Shown one piece after another: positions 31,181 to 42,777 of a stretch of DNA of 64,000 bases. The notes below the pieces were generated by a model. The model did no database searches and was not told the origin of the DNA. It worked only from the letters and a program-made list of their open reading frames with translations. Source of the DNA: Sulfurospirillaceae bacterium (GTDB lineage: Bacteria; Campylobacterota; Campylobacteria; Campylobacterales; Sulfurospirillaceae); NCBI GenBank assembly GCA_033723415.1, contig JAWVXD010000001.1, forward strand, positions 128,001 to 192,000. Direction: 5' to 3'. Numbering within the stretch: position 1 is the stretch's first letter; each line of letters opens with the position of its first letter. Made by a program: the position numbers and the translations under genes.

Positions 31181-33113
31181 CTGATTCTACTACTTTTGCA
31201 TATATTCTTGCAGATGCTATATCCGCTTCAACGATCTTCACTACTATTTTTTGAAATAATTGTACATTGTTATCAAGTAAAAATAATCGTGCGCCTTTTA
31301 TATCATCATCCAGCTTTGCTATCATGGTTCTTTCTGCATTGGTTACGACTGCTTTAAAGCTCTCTCCTATATGTAACATCGCCCATCTGGCAAATTTTCT
31401 GTCCATAAAATCCCAGGCTACTTTTGCACTTTCTCTCTCTAACTCACTTATCTTGTCGCACAGGGCACCCACGTCTTTTAAAAGATAATTAAATCTTTTT
31501 TTATCTTCATGCATATTTGCTTTTAGGAGTCTATGCAATAAAAGATCACTGTATCTTCGTATCGGAGAGGTGAAGTGCGTATATGATTTGAACCCTAGGC
31601 CAAAATGACCTCTGTTCTCCGGTTCGTATTTTGCTTTTTTTTGAGATCTGATTATTAGTTTATCAACTTCTTTTCTAATGTCTAGATTTAACGCTTTTTC
31701 TTGTATGATTTTTATCATTTTAGGAATATCTGTAGAAAAATCTACATCAATACCTATCATAGCTAAATCATCCAATAAAGATTGCAGTTTGTCATAAGAA
31801 GGGTCATCATGTGTTCTAAATATACCGTATGCTATTTTTTTTGATGCTGCTTTGTTCGCAAGAAGCATACAATCTTCGATGAGTTGATGAGAAGGAGTTT
31901 CGATCTCTTCTGTGGTAGATATGAGATTTTGTTCTTCATCAAGAGTCATTCTTATCTCGCTTGAGCTGAAATCAAATCCTTCTTTTAATCTATTTTCTCT
32001 TAATCTTTTTGTGATCTCGGAAAGGGGCATCAGAAATTTTAGTATTTCTTGATCTACTTCATCTATGTTTGAAAAATCTTTCTGTAGAAAAACATCTATC
32101 TGGTCATAGTTATATCTTTTTTTAGAATTTATGACAGTATCTAAAAGTTCTTCTTTAAGAGGCTCAAGAGTATTTTTATCTAGAGTTATCTTAAAAGTAT
32201 AAGCAAGTCTGTCTACATTGGGCTTTAATGAACATATATTTTCACTAAGTGTTCTTGGCAGCATTGGAATCGATTTATGAGGAAAATATATAGAAAAACC
32301 TCTTTTCTTTGCTTCTTTATCAATGCTCCCCATCTCAAATACATACTCACTTACATCAGCAATCGCAACATAAAGTATATAGTTCTCTATATCAAAATAA
32401 ATCGAGTCATCAAAATCCTTTGCATCAATAGGATCAATTGTACAAAATGGAAGATGTGTAAGATCAACTCTATCCGGGTATAATGATTTTTCTACTACAA
32501 CCCCATGACTTAATGCTTCGGTTTCACTTTCCTTTGTAAAGAATTCATCTTTTTCATAAATTCCCAAAGCTATTTTTTCATCAACTTTAGGATCATCTAA
32601 AACGCCTAGTATCTCTATGATATTATTTGTTGCATTGTCAATCTTTAGAACAGTATTTATAGGGAGTTGTTTAAGTGACTTTTGAGAAGCACTTATGTCA
32701 CAAACTAAATCAGTACTTATGTTTATACCCATAATCCTATTATTGTGGGATTTTGTATAAACTATACTTGTATTATGTGCCCTTTGTAAAATCAAAACAA
32801 CTTTGGCTTTGACTCTGGACCTTTTTTTTGAATGAAGCTGTTTTACAACGACTATATCACCTTTAGAAGCACCAAATAAATCTTTTGATTCAATAAGTAA
32901 ATCTCTATTATCTTCACCCAATATACTTAGAAAGCCGGTACCGCTTGTGGCTATATCAATCGTTCCTATCTTAAATTTATTGTTTAATTTGTATGTGTTT
33001 TTATGCTTCTCCAAGGCCTTAATCTTAATAAGATTATTGATTAAAGGCTGAAATTCTTGAGTGATTTCAGTAGCATTTACTTCAGTACAAAGTTTGAGGA
33101 TAAACTCTTTCAA
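31173..33113 (-). CDS. rnr: Ribonuclease R
   Basis: TIDPIDAKDFDD, VAIADVS, LIEDCMLLAN, HFGLG..YTHFTSPIRRYSDL. Confidence 0.95.
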   Translation of the reverse strand: MKEFILKLCTEVNATEITQEFQPLINNLIKIKALEKHKNTYKLNNKFKIGTIDIATSGTGFLSILGEDNRDLLIESKDLFGASKGDIVVVKQLHSKKRSRVKAKVVLILQRAHNTSIVYTKSHNNRIMGINISTDLVCDISASQKSLKQLPINTVLKIDNATNNIIEILGVLDDPKVDEKIALGIYEKDEFFTKESETEALSHGVVVEKSLYPDRVDLTHLPFCTIDPIDAKDFDDSIYFDIENYILYVAIADVSEYVFEMGSIDKEAKKRGFSIYFPHKSIPMLPRTLSENICSLKPNVDRLAYTFKITLDKNTLEPLKEELLDTVINSKKRYNYDQIDVFLQKDFSNIDEVDQEILKFLMPLSEITKRLRENRLKEGFDFSSSEIRMTLDEEQNLISTTEEIETPSHQLIEDCMLLANKAASKKIAYGIFRTHDDPSYDKLQSLLDDLAMIGIDVDFSTDIPKMIKIIQEKALNLDIRKEVDKLIIRSQKKAKYEPENRGHFGLGFKSYTHFTSPIRRYSDLLLHRLLKANMHEDKKRFNYLLKDVGALCDKISELERESAKVAWDFMDRKFARWAMLHIGESFKAVVTNAERTMIAKLDDDIKGARLFLLDNNVQLFQKIVVKIVEADIASARIYAKVVESDV

Positions 33114-33922
33114 ATTTCCAAATTCTCTATAGCGCTCAAGTATGTATTTATTTCTAGATCGTAATCTTGGATCAATCTCAATGCATCTTGTATCTGCTCT
33201 TCTTGTAGCGAGCCAAAAATATTTATAGAAGTTTTTACGACATGTAATGCTTTAGCAAATTTTTGCATATGCTCGCTTGCACTCAAAGGGTTGTTTGAGA
33301 ATTCAATTGCTTCGATTAATTCTGTTTCTAAATTCCATTTTTCAAATATTTTTGCGGTTATTTCCTCATTTGTAAAACCGGTAAATTCTTTTTCTATAAG
33401 TGACAATGCCATAAGATTTTCATTTCTTTCTATTTTCTTTTGAAATTCATCTACTAAATTTTGTTCTATTATCTCATGGGCAAGTATTAATTTTCCAACT
33501 TCCATCATAAAGGAAGCAGGCTGAAGTATATCTAACATACTTCTATCTATCTTTGTATACCATTTAAACATAAGGACGCTTTGTAGTGTGCTTATATTCA
33601 AAAATCTATCTTTGTCTATCTTATAAGGAGTAAGATCTATTTTTATATTATCTTTTATAGCGCTTGATAGTGCAAAACCTCTTATAGTTGCCATACCAAA
33701 AAGTGAAACAGCATGAGCAATACTTTTGATTTCTTTGCTAAAACCATAAAGTGGTGAATTTGCAGATTTTAGTATATTGGCAGTAAGCATTGGGTCTCTT
33801 TGAACAATTTTAACCAAATCTTGCATAGAACTGTCGGTATCTGAGCAGATCCTTTGTATCATCATAACCGTGTCATCTAATGGTGGAAGGGCTTTTATTT
33901 TTTGTAGTATCCCGCTATCCAT
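33110..33922 (-). CDS. HDOD domain protein
   Basis: IKALPPLD, DPMLTANILKSANSPLYGF, AVSLFG. Confidence 0.9.
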   Translation of the reverse strand: MDSGILQKIKALPPLDDTVMMIQRICSDTDSSMQDLVKIVQRDPMLTANILKSANSPLYGFSKEIKSIAHAVSLFGMATIRGFALSSAIKDNIKIDLTPYKIDKDRFLNISTLQSVLMFKWYTKIDRSMLDILQPASFMMEVGKLILAHEIIEQNLVDEFQKKIERNENLMALSLIEKEFTGFTNEEITAKIFEKWNLETELIEAIEFSNNPLSASEHMQKFAKALHVVKTSINIFGSLQEEQIQDALRLIQDYDLEINTYLSAIENLEI

Positions 33923-34062
33923 GTTTCGCCTTTTAATAAGATATAAGGCAATTCTACTATTTTGTATATTACAATTTGCTAAAGAAGCAAGAACCTGCTA
34001 TTATTATAGCTATAAAAGTTTGCTTTATCAGTTATCAAAATGTTTGTTTGGAGGAGAGCTTG

Positions 34063-35346
34063 TTGCATTTTTTACAACAGTTAACTGTGCTATATGTTGA
34101 AGATGAAAATCATATAAGAGAAGGGTACAGTAAGGTTTTAAAAAGACATTTTAAAGAAGTTTTTTGTGCGTCTGACGGTCTTGAAGGACTGGAAATGTAT
34201 AAACAATATTTGCCTGATATTGTTATAACTGATATAAGAATGCCAAATAAAAACGGTATAGAAATGGCAAAAGATATACTAAATATCACTCCTAAGCAGA
34301 TTATAGTGTTTACAACAGCCCATAGTGAATCCGAATACACTATGCAAGCATTGGAAATGCAAGTCTCAGGCTATATGTTGAAGCCTGTAGATAAAAATAA
34401 ACTAGTAGAAAAATTAAACAATTTAGCTGAGAATCTTCTTGCAAATAGAGAAAATATAAAACATCAAAAAGCTATACAAAGTATTTTAAATACACAATCA
34501 AATATTTTAATTTTGACTGATTTAGAAGATATTGAATTTGCTTCAAAATCTTTTTTTGACTTGTTCAATGTCACTAATAAAGAGGAATTTTCTCAAAAAT
34601 TTAAAAGATTTATTGATATTTTTTCTCCCTGCGATGATTGCTGCTGCATAAAATCTAAAAATGATTTTATAAAAAGTTATAAAGATAATGCAGAGTGCCA
34701 AAAAATCGTTTCTATTTCATATGACGGTCATGTAAAAAAATATCAAATCAAGATTGATACCGTCATGACAGAAAGCGAAGAGTTGTATGTTGTTTCTCTT
34801 TGGGACGTTACAAGTTTACATGAGGAGAAACTAAATGCAGAATTTAGAGCAGATTATGATGAATTGACAAAGGTGTACACTAGAGTTAAGTTCAATGATA
34901 TTTATGAAATAGAATTTTTGAGAGCACAAAGGTATCAAAGAGAATTTAGTTTGGCGATTTTAGATATTGATCATTTTAAAAGTATAAATGATCAATTTGG
35001 ACATTTGATAGGTGATGAAGTATTGCAAAAGTTTGCAAAATACTGCTTGGATAACTTAAGAAGTACTGATCTGTTCTTTAGATGGGGTGGTGAAGAATTT
35101 GTTTTAATATTAAGTGAAACCAGTCAAGAACAAGCCTCATTGGTATGTGAGAAGCTAAGGCGTGGTTTAACAGAATTAGAATTTCCTTTTGGGATTATAC
35201 TATCTATCAGTATCGGACTTAGCAGTATAAGAGAAAATGACTCTAAAAATGGCTTGTTCGAACGAGCAGACAAAGCTTTATTCAAGGCAAAACAATCAGG
35301 TAGAAACCAAGTTGTTGTAAGTGAAAAAACAAGGTATGCTAATTAA
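34063..35346 (+). CDS. Response regulator diguanylate cyclase (REC-PAS-like-GGDEF)
   Basis: VLYVEDE, ITDIRMP, TTAH, KPV; DIDHFKSIND, RSTD I-site, RWGGEEF; GGAGGAG SD before TTG. Confidence 0.92.
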   Translation: MHFLQQLTVLYVEDENHIREGYSKVLKRHFKEVFCASDGLEGLEMYKQYLPDIVITDIRMPNKNGIEMAKDILNITPKQIIVFTTAHSESEYTMQALEMQVSGYMLKPVDKNKLVEKLNNLAENLLANRENIKHQKAIQSILNTQSNILILTDLEDIEFASKSFFDLFNVTNKEEFSQKFKRFIDIFSPCDDCCCIKSKNDFIKSYKDNAECQKIVSISYDGHVKKYQIKIDTVMTESEELYVVSLWDVTSLHEEKLNAEFRADYDELTKVYTRVKFNDIYEIEFLRAQRYQREFSLAILDIDHFKSINDQFGHLIGDEVLQKFAKYCLDNLRSTDLFFRWGGEEFVLILSETSQEQASLVCEKLRRGLTELEFPFGIILSISIGLSSIRENDSKNGLFERADKALFKAKQSGRNQVVVSEKTRYAN

Positions 35347-37549
35347 AATGTTGATAAAGAGTTTTCTCTATATCTGCATTTTCATAGTAAATACTTTTGC
35401 AACAAATATATTGATTCTAAACTCTTATGAAAACACTTTTGAGTGGACCAGATTACAAAGTTCCACTATTATAGAGAATATTCAAAAAGCCCGTATAGAC
35501 AAGACGGACATATTTGTAGAATATATGGATGCACAAGTTTTTAAAATAACTCCTCAAAGAGAAAAAAATATAATAACCTATCTGCAGGATAAATATAAAA
35601 ATAAGTTATTTGATATTGTTGTCACAACAGATGACAGTGCACTAAAATTTGTAAACAAAAATAAAGATATAAAAATCTTTAAAAATGCAAAAGTTTTTTT
35701 TTCCGGCGTACATGATCTCACTTTTGCTAAAGAACTTGATAAAAACTTATATGCCGGTATATTTGAAAAAGAGAATCCTCTTGCTAATTTAAAGATAGCA
35801 AAAGAAATAAACAAAAGATTAAAAATTGTTTATGTAGTCTTTGACGGTACAGTTACCTCATTGGAAAGAGTAAATCTGTATAAAAAAAAGTATGCAAATA
35901 TAAAAAAAATAAAATTTATTTATATGTATAACCAGGATATTGAAAAAATAATTCAGAAATTGAAAAATTATGATAAAAACTCTGTTATGATATTACAGAG
36001 TTTTTCAAATTTTACAAGAGCAAATAAACATATATCTTATGTAGAAACTGCTCAGATATTATCAAAGTATTATAAAAATCCAATGCTGGTAAATAAGGAT
36101 ATCTACGTAAATATCCCAGATACAAATATCATTGGCGGTGATTGTACCGATGGTGAGAAACAAGGATATGTCGTATCTCAAATGATTATAAAGTACCTAA
36201 ATGGCACTAAAATACAAAATTTGGGTTTTGATTTGAGTCATGGTAATAAATTTTATTTGAATGTTGAAAATTTAAAAAAGTTTGGTTTAAATGTTAATGA
36301 TTTCAATCAAGGCAATCCAAAACTGATAAATGAACTAACCTCATTTTATAATTTGCATTCAAATCTAATAGATCTATTTCTAGTTATATTATTGCTAGTC
36401 TCATTATTCTTGATAATTCTGACAAAGAAAAATATGGACCTCAAAAAATCTTTAGTTAATTTTCAAACATTAGCTGAAACTACATTTGGGGCTACTATTG
36501 TTATTAATTCAAAGTTTATAATCGAATATGCAAACCAAAGAGTTTTGGAGTTGACAGGATATACACATGATGAGATTATAGGTGCCAACGCTACAAAATT
36601 TATCCATAAAGATGATCAAAAAAAAGTTTTCAAAATGGCTAGAGAAGGTGATGAAAATCCTAAAGAGACAAAGCTTTTAAAAAAAGATCAAAACTTTTTT
36701 TATGCACTTTTGAGAAGTAAGAGAATAAAGCTTGACAAAAAATATTTTGCGATCGTAAGTGCTATAGATATAACAAATATCAAAATTCAAGAACAAAAAA
36801 TAACACAAATGAATGAAAATTTAAAAATAGAGATAAAAAATGCGTTGGAAGAAAATACTAAACAACTAGAGTTTATCCAAGAACAGAGTAAATTGGCATC
36901 TATGGGTGAGATGATAGGATCAATCGCCCATCAATGGAGACAGCCTTTGAATGCATTAAATATAAATATACAGAACCTAGATGATGATTACGATGAAGGA
37001 TTGATTGACAAAAAATTCATTGATGACTTTATATATAAAAATAGAAAGATCATTGAATTTATGGACAAAACCATAGATGATTTTAGAAATTTCTTTAAAA
37101 TTGACAAAGAAAAGACAGATTTTAGCGTGATGAAAGTCATAAATGAAGTTATTAATATGGAATTAAATCACTTAAAAAACAACCAAATAAAAATAGTATT
37201 GACTGGAGAAGATTTAAATATTCACGGCTTTGAAAATGAATTTAAACAAGTTATGTTAAATTTGCTGAGCAATGCAAAAGATGCAATAATGGGACAAAAT
37301 ATAGATGATGGAAAGATCGAGATCATTTTGAAGGATAGGACAATTTCAGTCAAGGATAATGGAGGAGGGATAACGGAGCGTGCTATGGGAAGGATATTTG
37401 AACCATATTTTACTACAAAAGAACAAGGTTCTGGAACAGGGATCGGTTTATATATGTCTAAAACTATCATAGAAAAAAACATGGGTTGGACTCTGAGAGC
37501 GGAAAATATAGATGATGGTGCATTATTTGAGATTATTACGCAAGATTAA
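35336..37549 (+). CDS. Sensor histidine kinase (periplasmic substrate-binding-like domain, TM, PAS, HisKA/HATPase)
   Basis: GEMIGSIAHQWRQPL H-box, NLLSNAKDA, DNGGGI, FEPYFTTK, GTGIGLY; start uncertain (35321-35348). Confidence 0.92.
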   Translation: MLIKMLIKSFLYICIFIVNTFATNILILNSYENTFEWTRLQSSTIIENIQKARIDKTDIFVEYMDAQVFKITPQREKNIITYLQDKYKNKLFDIVVTTDDSALKFVNKNKDIKIFKNAKVFFSGVHDLTFAKELDKNLYAGIFEKENPLANLKIAKEINKRLKIVYVVFDGTVTSLERVNLYKKKYANIKKIKFIYMYNQDIEKIIQKLKNYDKNSVMILQSFSNFTRANKHISYVETAQILSKYYKNPMLVNKDIYVNIPDTNIIGGDCTDGEKQGYVVSQMIIKYLNGTKIQNLGFDLSHGNKFYLNVENLKKFGLNVNDFNQGNPKLINELTSFYNLHSNLIDLFLVILLLVSLFLIILTKKNMDLKKSLVNFQTLAETTFGATIVINSKFIIEYANQRVLELTGYTHDEIIGANATKFIHKDDQKKVFKMAREGDENPKETKLLKKDQNFFYALLRSKRIKLDKKYFAIVSAIDITNIKIQEQKITQMNENLKIEIKNALEENTKQLEFIQEQSKLASMGEMIGSIAHQWRQPLNALNINIQNLDDDYDEGLIDKKFIDDFIYKNRKIIEFMDKTIDDFRNFFKIDKEKTDFSVMKVINEVINMELNHLKNNQIKIVLTGEDLNIHGFENEFKQVMLNLLSNAKDAIMGQNIDDGKIEIILKDRTISVKDNGGGITERAMGRIFEPYFTTKEQGSGTGIGLYMSKTIIEKNMGWTLRAENIDDGALFEIITQD

Positions 37550-37588
37550 AGTTTTTTTAGATAAAATAATCTAACTTAAAATTTTTAA

Positions 37589-38623
<1,035 letters not shown>

Positions 38624-38630
38624 CAAAAAT

Positions 38631-38667
38631 ACATCGGGCAAAAGTATCTTCTTACTGCCCGATGTTT
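38631..38667 (+). terminator. Hairpin downstream of ilvC
   Basis: ACATCGGGCA...TGCCCGATGT 10-bp stem followed by TT. Confidence 0.55.
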
Positions 38668-38689
38668 CAAACCAATACAAAGATTATTT

Positions 38690-39790
38690 TTGACAAGAAA
38701 AAAGAAAAAACACCCAAGAACCAAAAAAAATATTTCTAGAAAAAAAACTGTTACAAAAAACAGACTTTTTTATATTGCTACTATTTCCGTACTGCTATTT
38801 TTAGGATTTGTTTTTTATAAATATGCTTATTTGCCTTCTCAAAAACATCAAGTTTCAAATGTTTCTGTTCAAAATGAAAAATCAACAAAAGAGTTGATGG
38901 ATAAGATGAAACATATGTTAGAGGTCGAAAATAAAAGAGTGAGAGAAGAGATAAATGCTAGTAAACGTAAGGAACCTGTAGTTGAAAAACCTATAAAGCA
39001 GATTGAAAAAATCATAGCATCTAAAAAAGAAGTTAAGACGCAAGACGATTCTAGTAAACAGCATTATCTATCTGAAGCGCAAGACTTCAAGAAAAATTCG
39101 AAACAAGAAGAAGCAAATGTAACTACTGAAAAGAGTGTAAAATACAAAGGAATGCCAAGACTGGCCATAATTATTGATGATGTATCATTTCCTCATGAAG
39201 TTAAGAGGATACAAGAGATACCATACAAAGTAACACCCTCATTCTTTCCACCTACAAAAGTACATCCTGAAACTGTAAAGCTCTCAAATGAGTTTTCTAT
39301 TTGTATGCTACATTTGCCCTTGGAAGCAATGAGCTATCCTCATCCCGAACCACAAACGCTTTTAGCATCTGATTCAAGGGATACGATCTACAAAAGAATT
39401 AAATCACTAAAGAGTGAATTTCCTCATATAAAATATTATAACAATCATACAGGAAGTAAGTTTACAGCAGATGAGCAGGCTATGGAAAAGCTTATATCAG
39501 TCATGCATGGTTTTGGATTGCATTTTGTGGATAGCAGAACAACAGCAGCCACAAAAGCGAAAGAAGTTTCTAAAAAACTTCACTTAAAACTTATTTCAAG
39601 AGATATATTTTTAGACAATACAACAAATCCAAAAGACATAATCTCTCAATTGAAAAAAGCTGTAGAAATTGCAAAGAAAAGAGGTTACGCTGTTGCTATA
39701 GGACATCCTCATAAGAATACATTGAAAGTTTTAATAGGTGCCAAAAAATATTTAAGAGGCGTCCGGATGGTTTATATTAATGAGATATAG
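38690..39790 (+). CDS. Divergent polysaccharide deacetylase family protein
   Basis: N-terminal TM; LAIIIDD, MLHLPLE, NNHTGS, FVDSRT, RDIFLD, AIGHP. Confidence 0.92.
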   Translation: MTRKKKKHPRTKKNISRKKTVTKNRLFYIATISVLLFLGFVFYKYAYLPSQKHQVSNVSVQNEKSTKELMDKMKHMLEVENKRVREEINASKRKEPVVEKPIKQIEKIIASKKEVKTQDDSSKQHYLSEAQDFKKNSKQEEANVTTEKSVKYKGMPRLAIIIDDVSFPHEVKRIQEIPYKVTPSFFPPTKVHPETVKLSNEFSICMLHLPLEAMSYPHPEPQTLLASDSRDTIYKRIKSLKSEFPHIKYYNNHTGSKFTADEQAMEKLISVMHGFGLHFVDSRTTAATKAKEVSKKLHLKLISRDIFLDNTTNPKDIISQLKKAVEIAKKRGYAVAIGHPHKNTLKVLIGAKKYLRGVRMVYINEI

Positions 39791-40552
39791 ATGCAAAAAG
39801 TAAAAGAAATTCCACAATGTTTTGAAATTCTTAAAAATAAACCAAAAGATTTATATTATGAAGGTAATTTATCTCTTATGAATATGCCTATGGTTGCAAT
39901 AGTCGGCACAAGGCACCCTATATCATATACTAAACAACTTTGCCTTAATCTAGGAAATGCTTTAAAAAAAAGAGGAGTGTGTGTAGTTAGCGGCGCAGCC
40001 ATGGGAGTTGATGCACTGGCACATAGATCAGCCTTCCCAAATACTATAGCTGTCATGGCAAACTCACTTGATATCTGCTATCCAAAAGTAAATTTTTCTC
40101 TTATAGAAGATATGAGAAGAGAGTCATTGCTTTTAAGTGAATATGAAGAAAATACAAAAGCAACAAATTATAGTTTTGTTTTGAGGAATAGATTAGTTGT
40201 TGCACTAGGAGAGGTTCTAGTCGTTGCAGAGGCAGATTTGGACAGTGGATCTATGAGAAGTGCTGAAATAGCTCATCAACTTGGTAAGAAGATATTTGTT
40301 TTTCCTCATAGGTCAGGTGAAAGTTTAGGAACAAATATGCTTCTTTCAAAAGGTATGGCTACGGCAATATATGACATAGATGATTTTGCTGATAAATTTG
40401 GCAAAATTATTGAAACGAGTGATAAATTTTTGGATTTTTGTAAAGAAAATGAAAATATTCAAGATATACTTGAAAAATTCGGTGATATGGTTTATGAGTA
40501 TGAATTGGCAGGAAAGATAGAAATTCATGATATGAAGGTTTTAGTACTTTGA
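39791..40552 (+). CDS. dprA: DNA processing protein DprA
   Basis: VAIVGTR, VVSGAAMGVDALAH, SEY, FVLRNRLV, EADLDSGSM. Confidence 0.93.
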   Translation: MQKVKEIPQCFEILKNKPKDLYYEGNLSLMNMPMVAIVGTRHPISYTKQLCLNLGNALKKRGVCVVSGAAMGVDALAHRSAFPNTIAVMANSLDICYPKVNFSLIEDMRRESLLLSEYEENTKATNYSFVLRNRLVVALGEVLVVAEADLDSGSMRSAEIAHQLGKKIFVFPHRSGESLGTNMLLSKGMATAIYDIDDFADKFGKIIETSDKFLDFCKENENIQDILEKFGDMVYEYELAGKIEIHDMKVLVL

Positions 40553-40944
40553 AGATAGCTAGCTTAGATATAGGGTTAAAAAGAATAGGAATTGCTATAA
40601 GTTTTGATAAAAAAATTGTTATTCCTCAAGATCCAATTTTTAGAAAAAATCGCATTCAAGCATCAAGGGATGTAGATAAGTTTCTGAACGATTGGGATAT
40701 AGATATACTAGTTGTAGGAGTCCCAAAATCTGGAAGCAGTGCAGAAGAAATGGAAAGAAGAATAAAGCATTTTTTATCTCTTCTTGAGTTTAAAAACAAG
40801 ATATACTTTCAAGATGAATATGGTACCAGCGTAGAAGCAAAAGAGATGATGAAAGGCATAAGTAAACAAAAAAAAGATGGAAAAATTGATTCGCTTGCTG
40901 CTAAATTAATTTTAGAAAGATGGTTATCTCAAAATAGTATTTGA
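40549..40944 (+). CDS. ruvX: YqgF/RuvX family nuclease
   Basis: SLDIGLKRIGIA, VVGVP, QDEYGTS, IDSLAAKLILE. Confidence 0.93.
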   Translation: MKIASLDIGLKRIGIAISFDKKIVIPQDPIFRKNRIQASRDVDKFLNDWDIDILVVGVPKSGSSAEEMERRIKHFLSLLEFKNKIYFQDEYGTSVEAKEMMKGISKQKKDGKIDSLAAKLILERWLSQNSI

Positions 40945-41703
40945 CTATTACTATCGTTTTTTTTCAAAATTAGCAAAAATATACCTATGTAACAGATAAA
41001 CAATTTGACTATTGATACCTTGTGAAATTTGCATCTTTACTACATTACTCAAACAGATATAGGAATTTTATAACTCGACAAATGAAATATAATCAGATAA
41101 ATTAATAATGTTGATGATGAATTATCTATAGAAAATATTTATTTTTCCCTTTATCTTTTGATAAAAATATTATCAAATATATGTTCTTTTTATATATAAA
41201 TTTTGGATAAAATGATCTTAATAAATTACTGTTTTTGTTCTTGAAAAATACATTATCTAGAATTAAAATTCTCCAAATTTAAGCATGTTTTATATATAAA
41301 TACTTAGAAAATATTATATAAAAAAATATAAAAAATAGTGTTTTATATATAGGCTATTTTCTCCAAATATATCATTGATAAAAATTTTAATCTTTTATTT
41401 GTATTAAATTTAAAATTATTGAGTCATTCTTCTTGTATTAGTTACCTATAGTAACATCAAATTTATTTGTTTATATTTTATTTAAAAAAATGCTTTCTGG
41501 TGATAGGTTATAAATCTGCTGCCTTTTAATGCCTATGAAATGAACGTTAACGCCCAAAATAGCCTAAACTATATCAATCAAAAATAGAATAAAAAATAGA
41601 CAATCATATAAAAATAGTTAATATCTATTTAAGATTAATTATCTACCATAGGAGGGATGTGTGTAAACACAATTTCAAAAATCTTAACACTTAAGGAGAG
41701 AGA

Positions 41704-42726
41704 ATGAAGTCAATTACTGGAGGATTAAAAATCTTTATTTTTAGTTGTTTGTTATTTTTAACTGCTACAGCTATGCAGGCAGATACTTGGAAGTACGCTT
41801 TGGGAGAAGGACTTAATGATCCTCAAGGATTGTATGCAACAAAATTCAAAGAGGTTATTGAGCAAAACTCTAATCATAAAATAAAGATCTATCCTGTCGG
41901 TACTCTTGGAGAAGAGAGCGATATAATGGAGCAAGTACAAGCAGGTTTGTTACAATTTGTTGGCCAATCGACAGGATATATGGGTGGAACAATACCGGAA
42001 ATGGATGTATTCTTTGTTCCTTACTTGATGCCTGACAATCCAAAACATCTCGGTAAGTTTTTCAAAGATTCTGTAGCTATTAACAAAATGTTCCCAAAAA
42101 TTTTTAGAAAACACAACCTTGAACTCTTGGGTATGTTCCCAGAAGGTGAACAAGCGGTTACAACCATGAAGGAGTTTCATTCACCTGCGGATCTTAAAGG
42201 AAAGAAAATAAGAGTTATGCCAGGTTCTCCTTTGCTAGTCGATACTTATAAAGCTTTTGGGGCTTCTCCTGTTCCTATGAGTTGGGGAGATTTGATTGGT
42301 TCTTTGAAAACTCACATGGTTGATGGACAAGAGAATCCGACTATTTGGATTGCTGCTTATGGACTAGATAAATTGACAAAGGTTTTGACATATATGGGAC
42401 ACAATCAATTTACAGCAACAGCCGTGGCAAATGAGAAGTTTTTCAATAGTTTAAGTGCAAAAGACAAAAAGCTTGTAAAACATGCTTCAGCCGTTGCATT
42501 AAATTATATACTAAAAGAAGCACAAGATTTGGATGCTTTAGGTTTGGGTAGAATTATACGCTCTAATCCAACTTACAAAATCGTAACTTTGACAAAAAAA
42601 GAAAGAGCTGTTTTCAAGAAAAGAGCTTCAAAAGTTGAAGACGCTTTTATAAAAGAAGCCGGTAAAAGCGGAGCTGCTATACTTAAACAAATGAAAATTG
42701 ACCTAAAAAATGCTGAGACAAAATAA
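41704..42726 (+). CDS. teaA: Ectoine/hydroxyectoine TRAP transporter substrate-binding protein (TeaA/UehA-like DctP)
   Basis: Signal peptide; DIMEQVQAGLLQFV, AINKMFPK, PEGE, KIRVM, DGQENP..W resemble Halomonas TeaA as recalled; ectoine catabolic neighbours. Confidence 0.85.
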   Translation: MKSITGGLKIFIFSCLLFLTATAMQADTWKYALGEGLNDPQGLYATKFKEVIEQNSNHKIKIYPVGTLGEESDIMEQVQAGLLQFVGQSTGYMGGTIPEMDVFFVPYLMPDNPKHLGKFFKDSVAINKMFPKIFRKHNLELLGMFPEGEQAVTTMKEFHSPADLKGKKIRVMPGSPLLVDTYKAFGASPVPMSWGDLIGSLKTHMVDGQENPTIWIAAYGLDKLTKVLTYMGHNQFTATAVANEKFFNSLSAKDKKLVKHASAVALNYILKEAQDLDALGLGRIIRSNPTYKIVTLTKKERAVFKKRASKVEDAFIKEAGKSGAAILKQMKIDLKNAETK

Positions 42727-42732
42727 TCTCAT

Positions 42733-42761
42733 TCACGATAGCCAGATATTGGCTATCGTGA
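42733..42761 (+). terminator. 12-bp hairpin after the binding-protein gene (mRNA stabiliser or attenuator)
   Basis: TCACGATAGCCA-GATAT-TGGCTATCGTGA, no U-tract. Confidence 0.6.
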
Positions 42762-42777
42762 GATAAAAAGGAACTTT

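Noticed and set aside
40939..41013. ATTTGACTATT direct repeat as an island attachment site
   Set aside because: Both copies are on the left side, no convincing copy at the right boundary, and no integrase or tRNA
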